64,000 nucleotides of DNA. It comes from Podarcis melisellensis. Lineage: Eukaryota. This document shows positions 1 through 12,905 of this stretch, one piece after another; within the stretch, counting starts at the first letter, position 1; each line of letters begins with the position of its first letter. The stretch is from the NCBI GenBank assembly GCA_964234715.1, contig OZ174279.1; one strand, 5' to 3'. The position numbers were made by a program, and so were the translations under genes. A model generated the notes under the pieces. It was not told the origin of the DNA. It worked only from the letters and a program-made list of their open reading frames with translations, and did not search any database.

Positions 1-264
1 TGCTGGTTTGGAACTCCTGGTGTAACACTGGCAAGAGCTCATTGTGAGCACCTGAGAGATAACAAGGCTCCTTCGTCCTGACCTCAGGCCTGTTTTGCAC
101 AGAGGCAGAGATGGGCCTACAGAGCAGCCAGGAACTGTTCTTTATAAGGGCGGGAGCAGAGACAAACTTTGCACAGGTATACATATTCAGGGACGTTGGG
201 GTGGCCACACTCAACAACTGTTGCTCAGGGGAGGACCAAGAGAGAAGGGCCCCCTTTCACGCAT

Positions 265-345
265 GACATTTTATCGTGTTTTTAATATTCTGTTGGGAGC
301 TGCCCAGAGTGGCTGGGGAAACCCAGCCAGATAGGCGTGGTATAA

Positions 346-393
<48 letters not shown>
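265..393 (+). mobile_element. L2 3' tail with (TTA)n microsatellite
   Basis: CTGTTGGGAGCTGCCCAGAGTGGCTGGGGAAACCCAGCCAGAT followed by (TTA)n. Confidence 0.75.
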
Positions 394-1380
394 TGCACCG
401 ATCAACCTGAATTTACTTTCCATCAGCAAGGGAAAACCTATTTATTTGCAAAAGCTTTTGCCGTTGGGTAAGGGGAAATCCTGTTAGAACCGAAGCACAC
501 ATCACAAAGCAACCTGGTGTATTATTAAGCATGTAGTATTTTGTTGTTTAGGTTTGTACATTGTCTCGAGTACTTTGGGGCAGATTGTGATGTATAAAAG
601 CTATAAATGAATGAATATACCTGAAGGTGTACAGACTAAACTTCAAAGTTCATATATTCATCTATTCCTCAGGGCTCACGGGATAGTCAGCTATTGCTGA
701 TTTTCACCAGGTGGTACATCTTGTACAATTTCCTTATAGTTAAAAGCCAACAACTGTACCTCCCCAAAACACCACCTTGGGGCAACTTCATGAGGATGTT
801 GTGGTCCTCCTCTCTTTCTAGTTTCCAATGGACGTCATCACCACTCAAGGTTTAATTTTATTTCCCCCCGTCTCCTTTTCGAACCACAGATTGTCACTCA
901 TTATTCTGTTTATAAGGAGTGACAGATTTCAGGGGGAGAAAAAATGCAAAGCTGGCGGGTTCTGAGCTCTTGCGCTGATGGCAACTTATCGTGTCATTGA
1001 GCCTTTTTAGCACCAGAGACATCATTCTGGCTTCATAATCCCTTCGGAGAATTCCTTCTTCCAACAAATATAGACAAGTGCTGTCATGGTGAGCGGAGGG
1101 AGAGGAAAAGAAAAGCTCTTTTCCTTTGAAACTATTTGCCATCCAGGAACAGAAAATGATGAAAAGAATGGCTTCCCATAACCGAAAGGATCAGGTGTTT
1201 GCTTATGAAAAAATGATGCTGCGAACTCAGTGTCTGGGTCAATCGTCCCGTCCCCCCAGTGTCTCTTGCTCATGTGAAAGTCACTTGCGAGATACAGTGT
1301 GGTATCTGCAGACAGCTGTCCTACTGGGCACTGGACAGACAGAATGGCTAGCATTGCTGAGCTATGTAGTCATTTGCGAA

Positions 1381-1612
1381 TGGAATGAAGCTCTTGCGTT
1401 TCACAGTGATTCACATATGCAGCACGGTTACACTGCAAGACTCATCCCTTTCCCCCCTCCCTCCCTCCCGCCCCTTGACACTAGATCTGGCTAGTTAACA
1501 TGCCTGGAATGAGAAAGCACCTATCTCGGAGCTGGCGGGGCTGAGGGCGTACTTGGATTCCCAGGTTGGAAGATTATCTCACTCCAAAGAAGTTCTTCCA
1601 GCAATATATAAG
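1381..1612 (+). promoter_or_regulatory. ANKRD1 proximal promoter: two M-CAT/TEAD sites, two GATA sites, TATA box
   Basis: TGGAATG at 1381-1387 and 1505-1511; CTATCT 1521-1526; TTATCT 1574-1579; TATATAA 1605-1611, ~150 nt upstream of the ATG. ANKRD1 is an established YAP/TEAD and GATA4 target. Confidence 0.75.
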
Positions 1613-1755
1613 CTAAACTAGATTGGCTGTATCTCAGTAAAGCTGCCTTGGGTGGAGGAGGCATCCATCCTTAAAGGAGTACCACACACAGACACACAAA
1701 CACACACACACACCAAGAGGCCACTATCGTTCTTTGATAAGCAGCAGCAGCAACT

Positions 1756-1782
1756 ATGATGATGCTGAGAGTGGAAGAGCTG
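1756..1782 (+). CDS. ANKRD1: ANKRD1 coding exon 1 (MMMLRVEEL)
   Basis: ATG at 1756 downstream of a TATA box; donor GTAGGT at 1783. Confidence 0.93.
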
Positions 1783-4700
1783 GTAGGTACAAAACTCACC
1801 TTTCATAGTAACTGCTGTGTTAAGGTTTCAACTGCGTCCAGTTTAATTGTGCGCTGGGTATTACATTCTTCTGCAAATTGTCTCTTATTAATGTGGTGAT
1901 TTATACCACTGAGAGAAGCTTGGCTGTTCTTTTGGTGGTAGTTTTAACCTGTGCCATGCATGATGACTTGAGCAGATTGTGCTGGGATGTAATTTGTCCA
2001 GGTGAGTTTGTGTGGTGGTTAAGAGCATGAGCTAAGAGCTGAAAATCCACCCAATTCAAATCTCAGCACAGCTGGTGGTTTTAAGAAGGCTGGTATCTCA
2101 TAGTCTCAAGCCTTTATTGCATTATATCAAAAGGTAAATATTGTTGGCCTACCTTACAAAGTTGTAACAATGACTGAAATGACATGTGAGATGCCTTAAC
2201 AACACAGGAGAAGCATTAATGAAATACTAAGCATCTTTGCTGAAGAAAATGGTCTAACTTTAGAGTAGTCCCAGAGTGTATAAATCAGATTATGTGCTGT
2301 AAATCATTATGCATGTAAGAAAAACGGAGATGGTTCTACCTTAGGAGATACAATGGAATCTTAAAGAAAAAAACAAAATAAAGGAAGGAAGGAAGGAATA
2401 TCTGCTTATTTTTTTGCCATCTTTTGATCCAATGGGACCTTCAAGGTGGTTCAAAACAAACTATAACTATTATCTGTGCTGGGAACAGGGATGGATTGCA
2501 GCTCCTAATCTCATAAATTACATGTGATTCAACTCTTGCCAGCTGCATCCAAATTAACATCTAGGCAAAGAAACTCGTGAGCATGTTTCCAGCTATGTTT
2601 GAGCTGTGCCAAGCACGCAAGCTGGATTCAGAAGTAATTGGGAACAATTCTGGGCAGGATAATAAAGAGCCAAAAGGAGTTGAGTGGCTTAATAGGCCTC
2701 TTCTCACCTCTGATGTTCATAACTGCTATTGATGACAGGAATTAGTAATGAAAGAAGCAAGCACAAGGCAGGATTCTTTTGGACTCGCGGCATTCTTGAA
2801 AAGGTCCAATGAGTGCATTTCCTATCATTATAGTATCCACTTCACCCAGGAGTTGCCCAGTCTGTCAAGTAAGAGAGACATTTACTGAGTTCACTACTTT
2901 GCTAGAGGGGATGTTTGTCAAGCTGTTCTTGAGGACGCGATAATTCTTGTTGAACTCTCTAGTGACTTAAGTCAATGAAAATTGATCAAGGCTGCTATCC
3001 CAGACACAAATATCTCACAGCAAGTCAGATGAGTGGCTTACTTCTGAGTAGACATGCCTAGGACTGAACTGTTAAGACTTCAATCCCTGGAAGGGGTGGA
3101 TCAGATTCTCAAATAAAAGTGGATTCCTAACAAATAAATGCATCTAAGCAAGAAGTTTGGAAATGAAATGCGTCTGGATCTAAAGATCTGCTCACTTTAT
3201 CTTGTTCATGTAAGGGGCTTTTGGGCTTGTGCTTTTTGACAGCAGGTGCCCACGCTACATGAGGAATTTCAGAATCAGATGGCATAGAGGTCTGCTAATT
3301 AATTGGGGTGGGGGAAAGATGATAAAAAAACCATTGGGTTTCAGTAAGCTCTTGGGTTCACTCCTACTGGCTCTCAGAATCCTAGTTACCATCCCCAATT
3401 CAGCTCTAAAGTTAGTCAGGAATAACATACATTAGTCATTAGTCTAACTTGCTTCCTTGATTTCAGTGAGATGTAGTTGCAACTATCTTTAGCTTGCTCC
3501 AATGCATGCATCGTACTGCCTGATTATTGTACACACAGCACACTTCCAACAGGGAAAGAAAAAGACTTGATTTTAAATGTGATGTACAGAATGCCTGAGG
3601 CCACAGATTTACTTAGTTGTTTCTAACAGACAGGAGAAATTTTGTACCTGGATCCATATGCATACTGCTGCGTCCATGTATGTCATTTGTATAGCGTTTG
3701 TCCACCATGGAGAACTCCATTTTAAACTTACTCACTTCTCAGCCTATTTGTTTCCAAGGGCCCAGTTACCAGATGGTTACAAGATGCCTGCAGCCCAATA
3801 AGCGTCTGGTTAGTTCCGATCAATATGTGAAATTCAGCCCGCCATCGTTCACTGCTTCTGGGCCTTCGCCGTCCTTTTAGAGTTGCCAGGTCACCAATGC
3901 TTCAGTGACAGGAGATGGCACAGCTAAGACAATTCCCCTGACTGGGCTTAAGCCTTAGGATCAAGGAAAGCCCCCCACAGGTTGTGTATGGCAATTTCCA
4001 TCAGCCCCAACCAGTACAACAATGGATAACTGTACAATGATAATTCTACCTGAGGTGACTGCATAGTAGGTGATAATGTTTAGGTCCAAAACATTGGAAG
4101 GGTACCAGGTTGGCTAGCCCTACTTTAGACTTAGCAACCCAATGCACCCTTGGCCCACAGCCCCCACACCTCCAAATCTCCTTTTGCCTGCCCATTTCCT
4201 TTCCCCGTGGAGTTCACATACCCTCCAACCCCTAAGCCCAAATATGTGGCTTTACCCTAGTTTTACTTTCCCCTGGATTTCTCCATTCTCCCGCCTGCAA
4301 GCCTGCAATGCCCATCCCATCCTCAAGTCTTTATTTTTCAGACCACTGTCTCATTGGGCCACTTGCTTCAGTAACCTTGTCTCTTGACGTCCTCTCTCTC
4401 ATTCCTGTATTCCTGCCCCAAATGGCAGAGAGCTCATTGTAAGTGCTATAAGCTAAAGATAACCCAAGCTGCCTGCTTCAGCTCCCTTATTTCATTCTTC
4501 TCCAGCCTGGTTGCTGGACTCCAGCTGTCACCATCCTTGACCTTTGGCCATGCTGGCTGAGGACGATTAGAGTTGGAGTCCAGCAAGGTCTGGAGGCCAC
4601 CAGGTTGGGGATGGCTGACTCATTTTCTCAGGCCCTTTCCTCAAGCCTCACCTTTTTTTCTTTCTGGTCCACTTCCTACTTTGCAGCCTTTCTTCAACCT

Positions 4701-7700
4701 CCTCCTTGCCTCTGACCTTCATGCTTCTTATCTCCCCTGAATACATCTTTCCCTCCATCAACAAAGCTTACAAAGCCGTCTCTGGGTCATGCGAAGGGTG
4801 TTAAATTGACAGCTTTCCTTTCCAGATGCTGGGCTATGCACATTTCTACCTGTTCCCTGAGCATTTGGAATCAGATGAACAACGTTCAGTGCCATGATTT
4901 CAACTTGCCCATTGTTTTCCGAAAAGGCACCCTGTCTTTGAGCCATCATTTTCACCTCTGTTTCCTCAGTATTTCTCGAGGGCTGCCTGCCCTGTCCTCA
5001 CGTGTTAGCTCTGCTTCTCAATATGTCAGAAAGCAAGACGTTGACACTCTTGTACCATTGTTCCTTTGACAGGTGACAGGCAAAAAGGCAGACGGTAGAG
5101 AGACAGGAGATTTCCTCCCAGAGGACTTCAAAAATGGAGAGTATGAAGCTGCTGTAAGGTTAGAGAAACAAGAGGACCTGAAGACCCTCACGGACCACTC
5201 AGTTGCACGACACAATCTGACCTACAAAGAAGAGAAAGCGCTAGAAGCTGAGGTAAAATTGTGTTTCTTGTATATCTTTTTGCACCTCTGGAGCTCTGAA
5301 GTTTCAAATTCCTGTGATCTGCCCTCTAACTAAGAAGGGAGTTTAGTAAAATAGATAGGTCCTGATAGATGTACACTGGAAACCAGTAGAAAGATTCCCA
5401 CCCCCAACCTCCAAGGTCTTGTTACATTGCCAATATGTTATTAACTGGGACTCAACATATCCTAATTATAACTAGAAAACCAGGAATGAGAGGAAATTAG
5501 AAGGGATAGGCCACAACTCCCTAGGGAATACACCTGTTTTACATTTAAAAACCCACGCTCTACATATTCAGTGTATTCAGCTAAGAGTGTCACAAACTAC
5601 AGGATTGGGGAAAAGGTTTCTCTGAAAATCTGGGAAATGGCTACCAGTTATGGCTGAAAGCCGTGGATTAGAGACAAACCAAGACATTTCGGTATTTGAA
5701 GCAAAAAGTAAACCCAAGTCTCCAGGCAGATATCTCTCCTCTTCACTGGAGATACTGGGGATTAGGGATGGACAAATCTGTTAATTTCATTTTCTCATTT
5801 CCCCACCTGCATCAATTTGTGATTTATATATATATATATTTAAAAATGTTCTCATAAAAAATTATCACTTTAATGTAACTGTCTGCTATACATATACTTC
5901 CATGCAGTTTTGCCTGCTATACATATCCTCCCCCCAACAGAATGCATTTTATATGTTATTTTCAGGAAAATATGCAAACTTTGTCTTAATGTATGAATTA
6001 CAAAAGAACTGCTGTGAAAATTCAGAGAAGTACAATTTTGTAAAGATAGCTTGTGTTTTGGTTTGCACATAGGCCAGTTTGCATTAAAATGTGAATCAAA
6101 TTTCTCACCCATCTCTGCTGAGACAATTCACACTGAGACTTTCTGCATGCAAATAATGTGTTATCCCACCCCTCACATGCCAAGGACATATTGGGACATC
6201 TGAGTGTTCCTCCTTAAAACCATTTTTGCCTTCCATTTATAAGATAAGGTCATCTGCAATTGTTTAGTTCAGTGCCAACAGAATTATGCCCATCATTTCA
6301 AGAATGGCAACATTGTTAAAAATCTTCCTCAATGAGAACAAAATTTTAAGGTGGACAATAAAAATAAGATTCTACCAACCCTTCCTCAAAGATATATGAA
6401 AATAGGAAAGACATTACTGGAATTTAAATCCACAGACTTTTCCTTTGAAGTAGCAGATTATTGTGAGCTGGTGATTTAGCATGTTACAGCTTCCCTGGCG
6501 ATGGATTATTCAAATGAAGAATTACAGAACAGGGTTAAGTTTAAGGGGATCCAAATTCTACATGGGTTTTAAAGGGTTTTGAATCAACCGCCCCTTCACC
6601 AGCCCAACACACTTTTTGCAATGAAGGTTCAACTTGAGACTTGATCAAGAATCACTCCAAAAAGGAGAAACAGTGAATCTGTCAGAGCAACAATCATTCT
6701 ACATTTTTTTGGGGGGGGGGGTAAATTATGTCACTCTTTATCACCTTGTTTTGTGAAAAGCAAGTTGGGTTGTTACTCTACCTTAAAGATGTAGCCTGTG
6801 CTTTAAATATAGGCTGACACGTATTTATAACTAGAATAAATTCTAAGGAACATGTGACCCTGTGCTATGTCTGGATGGTTCCTTCATCACTTATCTGTCT
6901 TACATTTAAATAACTAGTAGCATTTTTTCAGCAGAATTTCAAGTGGTATCTTTAGATTTGAATTGGTGTATTGACATTAGTGTAGTATTAGTAGCTGAAG
7001 TAACGCCTTTTCTGATTATTTTAAATGTTGAAGGAGATTCCAAGGGACCCTGGAGATTGTATGTTGAAGCTAATGTTATTGTTCCTCATATTGCTCTAAT
7101 TTCATGGCAGTCACTCACAGTCGCTACTTCCAGTGCCTTTTTTCCTAGAGACGTGCCAGAACTCACCACGAACAGTTCCCTTCTTCTCTTAGAATGGCAA
7201 TAGCACCCACCTGAGAGGTGCCTGAACTGAGTTCCATTGAGTTCTGGCAGGGGAAAAAAGCCCTGGCCATTTCCACCATTGGAAGTTGTATGACTCTGAA
7301 TACCAGTTGCAGAGATTCACAAATGGGAGCAGGACATTTACACTCAGTTCCTGCTTGCAGGCTTTCCATAGGCATCTGATTGGCTACTGTGAGAACAGGA
7401 TGCTGGAGTAGATAAAACAGTGGTCTGGTCCAGGAGGGATCTTCTTATGTTCTTATTTGCTTTTGTTGTTGTTGTTGTTCAGATCAAGAAAAAGAAATTA
7501 GAGGCGAGACCAAAACTTGAGAGCTTGGAAGATCTTGAAAAAATCATTCAGCTGAAGAAAAGGAAAAAATTCAAGAAGGTTAAAGTGCCCATGGTAAAGG
7601 AGCCTGAGCAAGAAGTTATAGTAAGTTCAGGGACAAAATAGTCTTCTCTGCTGTCTTTATGGAGTTCCCACACACGGAACTGAACTAACTCTTATTTCTG

Positions 7701-10700
7701 CTCTTCATCAGACTGAACCTGTGGATGTTCCAACATTTTTAAAGGCTGCCTTGGAGAACAAGATGCCAATAATTGAAAAATACCTGGCAGACAAAGGAGA
7801 TCCAAACGTTTGTGATGAGGTATGATTTGACCATCAATTTCTGTCCCAAATCTACTATAAGGCGCACATCTTTGATCTTAGCTTTAACAGTCATGGCTTT
7901 CTCAAAGGATCCTGGGAGTTGTAGTTTGATGAGGGTAGAGAAGGTTCTCTCTCTTTAAAGAGCCTGATCTCTCCCCAACCGCTGCTGTTTTCAGATCTCC
8001 ATAGGGAGAATGAATGCCTCTCAAGCCAGTTTTTAAGAGGTTTTTATGTCCTCCTTAAAAATTATATCTTAAGGTTAAATTTAAAATCCACCACCACTCT
8101 GTCAGTGTTACCTTTTGAAGCAGATACACTTTTCATGGTTAAAGTATTCTGAACTCCCAAGACAGGAGAGCATTGTTTCTTTAAATGGGCATTCAAGCAA
8201 TATCAAAAATCTATTTCCTTGTGCTTGTCGTGTTTTGTCTTCATGAATTTATGCTGTTTAAATTGTACAGCTAAGAGAGCCTACTGTTACTGAAGAGTGG
8301 CTTATAAACTGACAAAACTAAACAAGTTAAGTACATAAATGCCATACGGGGCTGTTGTTAACAAAAGACTGAAATTATGATTTATCTGGCATTGTATACA
8401 TATCTGTACATGACACCATACATGGTAATGAAAGAGAAGGCCTTGCCTTCAGGAGCTTAATTGAAACGAGGGGGAGGGAAGTTTAGCGAGGCACAAGAAG
8501 GAAATGTAAAACCTTACATGTGCATGTCTTGTTTTGGTAAGGGTGAGACGGGCGGGGTTAATTTATGTGTAAAGTGTTTTGAATATTCAACATGCTAAGG
8601 GTTGTATGATTTATTTCAAAGCCTTGCAGGTTAAAATTGACCACACTATGACTATTCCTTTTGACAGTACAAGCGCACAGCCCTGCACAGAGCATGCTCA
8701 GAAGGGCACCTGGCAGTTGTGGAGAAGTTAGTAGAAGCAGGAGCCCACCTTGAATTCCAGGATATGGTAAGTGCTCATTGGACACATGCAGAGTTCCTTG
8801 GGTTGGTTCACACAGACACACGTTCACTACTCATCCACTGTAACCATCAGCAAGCGATGCCTAGCCTGTTGCAGATGGAACCACTACAGTGGTACCTCGG
8901 GTTACAGACGCTTCAGGTTACAGACTTCACTAACCCAGAAATAGTACCTCGGGTTAAGAACTTTGCTTCAGGATGAGAACAGAAATTGCACAGCGGCAGT
9001 GGGTGGCCCCATTAGCTAAGGTTAAGCTTAAAAACAGTTTCAGGTTAAGAATGGACCTCCAGAATGAATTAAGTTCTTAACCCGAGGTACCACTGTATTA
9101 CCTCCTGCTATCTCAAACACAAGGCTTTTCTTTTCAATAAAGTTTTTTATTTTTCAAAGTAATAAAACTTTTATCAACAATAACCAGGCACAAGTCTAGT
9201 GGCCAGGACTCATCAGGACATGAGTAATTAGGTGCTGAAAACTCACATCATATGTGAACCAGTTGACAAATATTTTTTATTATTTCCCCCTGGCGTAGCT
9301 TGAATCCACAGCTATTCACTGGACCTGCCGTGGGGGCAATGTGGAAATCCTGAAGTACTTGCTGAACAAAGGAATAAACAGGAATGCTAGAGATAAGGTA
9401 AGCTATTTCCGTTTGAAAAACTGAGGTGGGAAAAGTTAAAAGTGGATTTGCAAGCTGTTTGTACAAGAGGCCCTTTTAGATCCGAGCTTGTTGTTTCGCA
9501 CTTTAGAATGCCTTGCCCTGCTTCTGTTAATTATGCCTCTCCCTGCCCTTCCTTTTCTACCAGTTGCTCAGCAGTCCTCTACACGTGGCCGTAAGGACAG
9601 GTCAGTACGAATGCGGGGAGCACCTCATCGCCTGTGAAGCAGATCTTAATGCCAAAGACAGGGTAAGTCAGGGGTCAGCAAACCTTTTCAGCAGGGGGCT
9701 GGTGTACTGTCCCTCAGACGTTGTGGGGAGCCGGACTATATTTTTTTGGGGGAAATGAATGAATAACCCAGAGATGCATTTTAAATAAAAGCACACCTTC
9801 TACTCATGTAAAAACACCAGGCAGGCCCCACAAATAACCCAGAGATGCATTTTAAATAGAAGGACACATTCTACTCATGTAAAAACATGCTGATTCCAGG
9901 AACGTCCGTGGGCTGGATTCAGAAGGCGTTTGGGCCGGATCCAGCCCCTGGGCCTTAGTTTGCCTACCCATGGGGTAAGTGCATTCCAGATGTGTGAGCC
10001 AGGCTGTAAATTCCACCATCCCTGACTATTAAGTCATGCAAGCTGGGGCTAAAGGAATCTGGCAGCCCCGGTAGCACCTGCGTGGTGGTGTTCAAAGGTT
10101 ATCCTTTCAGCTGAAGGTCCATTTCCATAGGGCAATCTTTTCCCGTATGACATTCTTGTTAGGGCAAGCCTTATCAAACAACATTCCCATGCAGCAGAAG
10201 GGAAAGTGGATGTACAAGCCTTTCCCCCAACAAGGCTACATGCACAGGATATATAAGCAGCAAGAGTCACAACGCTGCTCAGAGGGATGCCAATGAGGAT
10301 GACATGTGTCCACCTCCAAGGTCCTTCTGGCGGTTCCCTCACTGTGAGAAGTGAACTTACAGGGAACCAGGCAGAGGGCCTTCTCGGTAGTGGCACCCGC
10401 TCTGTGGAATGCCCTCCAATCAGATGCCAAACAGATAAACTACTACATGACTTTCCAAAGACATCTGAAGACAGCCCTGTATTGGGAAGTTTTCAATGCT
10501 TAATGTTATTTTATGTTTCTAGATATGTTGGAAGCTGCCCAGAGTGGCTGGGGTAACACAATCAGATGGGTGGGGTACAAATAATACAATTATTATAATA
10601 CAGCACAAATCACTTCTCTAGCATGGAGAAGGAACATGCATTATTGCAGGAATTTGGTGATTGTAGCCCTATAGTCTCCCAAATCCACCAACCCCAGCGA

Positions 10701-11724
10701 GCATAAGCAAGAGTGAGGGATGATAGAGGTGCAATGACACCTGCAGTTTACGGACTCCCCATTGCTCAGTTAGTGTCTTTAGGGTAGTAAAATAGCAGGT
10801 GATTGTGATCTCTTAAAGGAAACTTCAGGGAGAGAATAGCAATAGTACTTAACATTCCTTTGAATCACCCATTTCAACTCAGCTTCACAACAGCACACTT
10901 AAATAATAATCATTATCACTATTGGGTGCAAGATGATGGTGTAATTTATTGAGTACTTTCACTATTACACCAGTAGAGCCCCAAAGCTCATTATATTCAT
11001 TTTTGTCTCCTCTGTTCTAGGAAGGAGATAGTCCTATGCACGACGCAGTGAGACTGAATCGTTATAAAATGATTCGACTCTTGATCATGTATGGTGCCAA
11101 CCTAAACATGAAGAACGCTGTAAGTATTCCCTAACTCTTTGCTCTTTTCCTAAGTAAGCCATGTTGAGTTTATAAAGAAAATCAGGACACTAGTTACTAA
11201 AATAAAAACACCAAGATGACCGCAGTAGGATTGGATTGCATCTAACTTTTGCTGGTTTCCACGTTCCTAGATTTTGCTGTCCACATTCACTTTCTAGTCT
11301 TGAACATTTGTGCTAGCAAATTGACTGGTTGTGAGGAATAGGTGCTATTGGGCAAGAAAGATGCACTTGTTGAATGGAATTAGTGTCTGCGGGGGATGCA
11401 CATTCATTGCCCATGCAACACCCTCAAAGTTGGCATGCACCCAGAAAGACATTTTTGATGCATTTGTCACTTCAAAGAGGCATAAGCAGTCATTATTAAG
11501 AGAGCTTCCCACTACCACATCTGCAGAAAGTTAAGTCACAGAAACAGAATAGAGCAATGATGACATTTCAAGGGGGTGAAAATTAATGCCGTTTCCCTAA
11601 CTTTCCTCCATAGGAGGGGAAAACTCCAATGGATCTTGTTCTGCAGTGGCAAAATGGCACCAAAGAAATATTCAACAGCCTGAAGGAGAACTCTTACAAG
11701 AGCTCTCCTATAGACACATTCTGA
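1756..11724 (+). CDS. ANKRD1: Ankyrin repeat domain-containing protein 1 (CARP), complete 9-exon gene, 319 aa; join(1756-1782,5073-5252,7483-7620,7712-7819,8668-8766,9299-9397,9564-9662,11021-11119,11614-11724)
   Basis: Spliced translation [17 protein letters not shown]...LEKQEDLK...IKKKKLE...[17 protein letters not shown]...[10 protein letters not shown]...LHVAVRTG...[19 protein letters not shown]...TF* closely matches vertebrate ANKRD1 as recalled. All introns are GT-AG and phase 0. Four 99-nt ankyrin exons. Confidence 0.98.
5073..5252 (+). CDS. ANKRD1: ANKRD1 exon 2
   Basis: tttgacag|GTG ACA GGC...GCT GAG|gtaaaa; 180 nt. Confidence 0.97.
7285..7456 (+). mobile_element. CR1-like 3' end abutting the ANKRD1 exon 3 acceptor
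   Basis: GGCATCTGATTGGCTACTGTGAGAACAGGATGCTGGAGTAGAT...TTCTTATGTTCTTAT; sibling copies at ~34680-34862 and ~50030-50330. Confidence 0.6.
7483..7620 (+). CDS. ANKRD1: ANKRD1 exon 3 (basic/coiled-coil region)
   Basis: ttcag|ATC AAG AAA...GTT ATA|gtaagt; 138 nt. Confidence 0.97.
7712..7819 (+). CDS. ANKRD1: ANKRD1 exon 4
   Basis: catcag|ACT GAA CCT GTG...GAT GAG|gtatga; 108 nt. Confidence 0.97.
8668..8766 (+). CDS. ANKRD1: ANKRD1 exon 5 (ankyrin repeat)
   Basis: [33 protein letters not shown]; AG/GT flanks. Confidence 0.97.
8887..9095. mobile_element. Tc1/mariner-type MITE family A, copy 1
   Basis: TIR CAGTGGTACCTCGGGTTA; TA TSD. Confidence 0.9.
9299..9397 (+). CDS. ANKRD1: ANKRD1 exon 6 (ankyrin repeat)
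   Basis: [33 protein letters not shown]; AG/GT flanks. Confidence 0.97.
9564..9662 (+). CDS. ANKRD1: ANKRD1 exon 7 (ankyrin repeat)
   Basis: [33 protein letters not shown]; donor GTAAGT at 9663. Confidence 0.97.
9669..9972. mobile_element. hAT-type MITE at the ANKRD1 exon 7 donor
   Basis: Ends CAGGGGTCAGCAAAC / GTTTGCCTACCCATG; 8-bp TSD GGGTAAGT; internal ~55-bp duplication. Confidence 0.9.
10320..10599 (+). mobile_element. L2 LINE 3' fragment
   Basis: Same family as 17595-17966. Confidence 0.8.
11021..11119 (+). CDS. ANKRD1: ANKRD1 exon 8 (ankyrin repeat)
   Basis: [33 protein letters not shown]; AG/GT flanks. Confidence 0.97.
11614..11724 (+). CDS. ANKRD1: ANKRD1 exon 9 (last coding exon)
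   Basis: [36 protein letters not shown]; TGA 11722-11724. Confidence 0.97.
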   Translation, partial: EGKTPMDLVLQWQNGTKEIFNSLKENSYKSSPIDTF

Positions 11725-12615
11725 AGACTCAAAGCGTCAATGGACTGGACAGTTTCCTTGCAAAAAGCAAGATATCACCAATGTGAAGAGCAGGAGCATT
11801 ATAAATGCTGCCACCTTCACAGAATACAAGCAATTTGTCCTGCTGCCTTTGCTAAAGCCGCAAGGAACCAAGAGGGTCCTGAAATACTTCAAAGGCAGTT
11901 TCGAGTGTTGAGAAGCCTCTGATTTCAAGCTGGTTTATTTATTTCTATTCCATCATTTCTCCCATAGTGTTTCTTTTCCGATATTTTCAATAAGTCATGT
12001 TGGTACTGCTGTTCTATAGAAAAAGACCATCTTACTAATGTGGTAATCTGAACCAGTCAGGAGCATTAAGCCCCTTTAAAAACCGCACACAAGCCAACAG
12101 GCTTTCAGAGCCTATTAGCAGTGTTTCCCATTAAACCCTCTTTCGATAGGCAGTATTTGTTATTGTCACCCGGTTTCTGCTGAATTGCTATTGTCAGAGC
12201 AAGCTGTTAAAAAAGCAAAGATCAGAGGGTTGGAGAATAGTAGTGAGAAAGGGGAAAGCAAAGTGGAATTTTAAAAAAGGAAGGGCTCTGCTCTTCTGCC
12301 GAAGTTTTTAATTCAGGCTACCTGAACTACATAAGAGGCAGCCAACATGGCACTGTCCTGGTGTTGTGGGATTAAACCTCCCTACCAACCCCATCGACTG
12401 GCCATGCTGACTGGGGCTGGTGGGAATTGGGAGTCTAGGAACCTCTAGAGGCCGCCATATTGGTTACCTCTAAATTGCAGTGTTCAAGACAGGAAGTTGG
12501 GCAGACGAAGAGGACGGAATCCAAAGACGAAGAGGAAAAGTTGCCGTTACTGTCGAAGCTCGATATTGTAACAAATGGTAGTGTATATTTGTATGGCTTT
12601 TTATGTACATTTTGT

Positions 12616-12621
12616 ATTAAA
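12616..12621 (+). terminator. Candidate ANKRD1 polyadenylation signal ATTAAA
   Basis: ATTAAA preceded by TGTA motifs in an AU-rich block ~0.9 kb after the stop codon. Confidence 0.45.
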
Positions 12622-12794
12622 CCCTATTTAAATGTTTTAAAAGAAGCAACAGAACCGCTCGCTTTAATCTACCAGAATGTATTATTTCTTCATCTGAAAA
12701 TGTTACGAGGGATAGAAGATGCTGGAGGCAAGAGTCGTGGGGGAAAGGAAGTAGACCTTCTTTGAATTCTGTGGTTTTACATATCAGGATATAA

Positions 12795-12905
12795 CAACAA
12801 CAATCTGTTCCTTAGCAGCTCTTAAAATTAGGTAAATACAACCTCAGATGAACAACACATGACATATTACACCATGATTTATTCAACAAAAATAAAGCCA
12901 AAATG
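12795..12905. mobile_element. Tc1-like transposon terminal-region fragment
   Basis: AAATTAGGTAAATACAACCTCAGATGAACAACACATGACATATTACACC resembles Tc1-family inverted-repeat sequence (recognised from memory, not searched). Confidence 0.4.
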
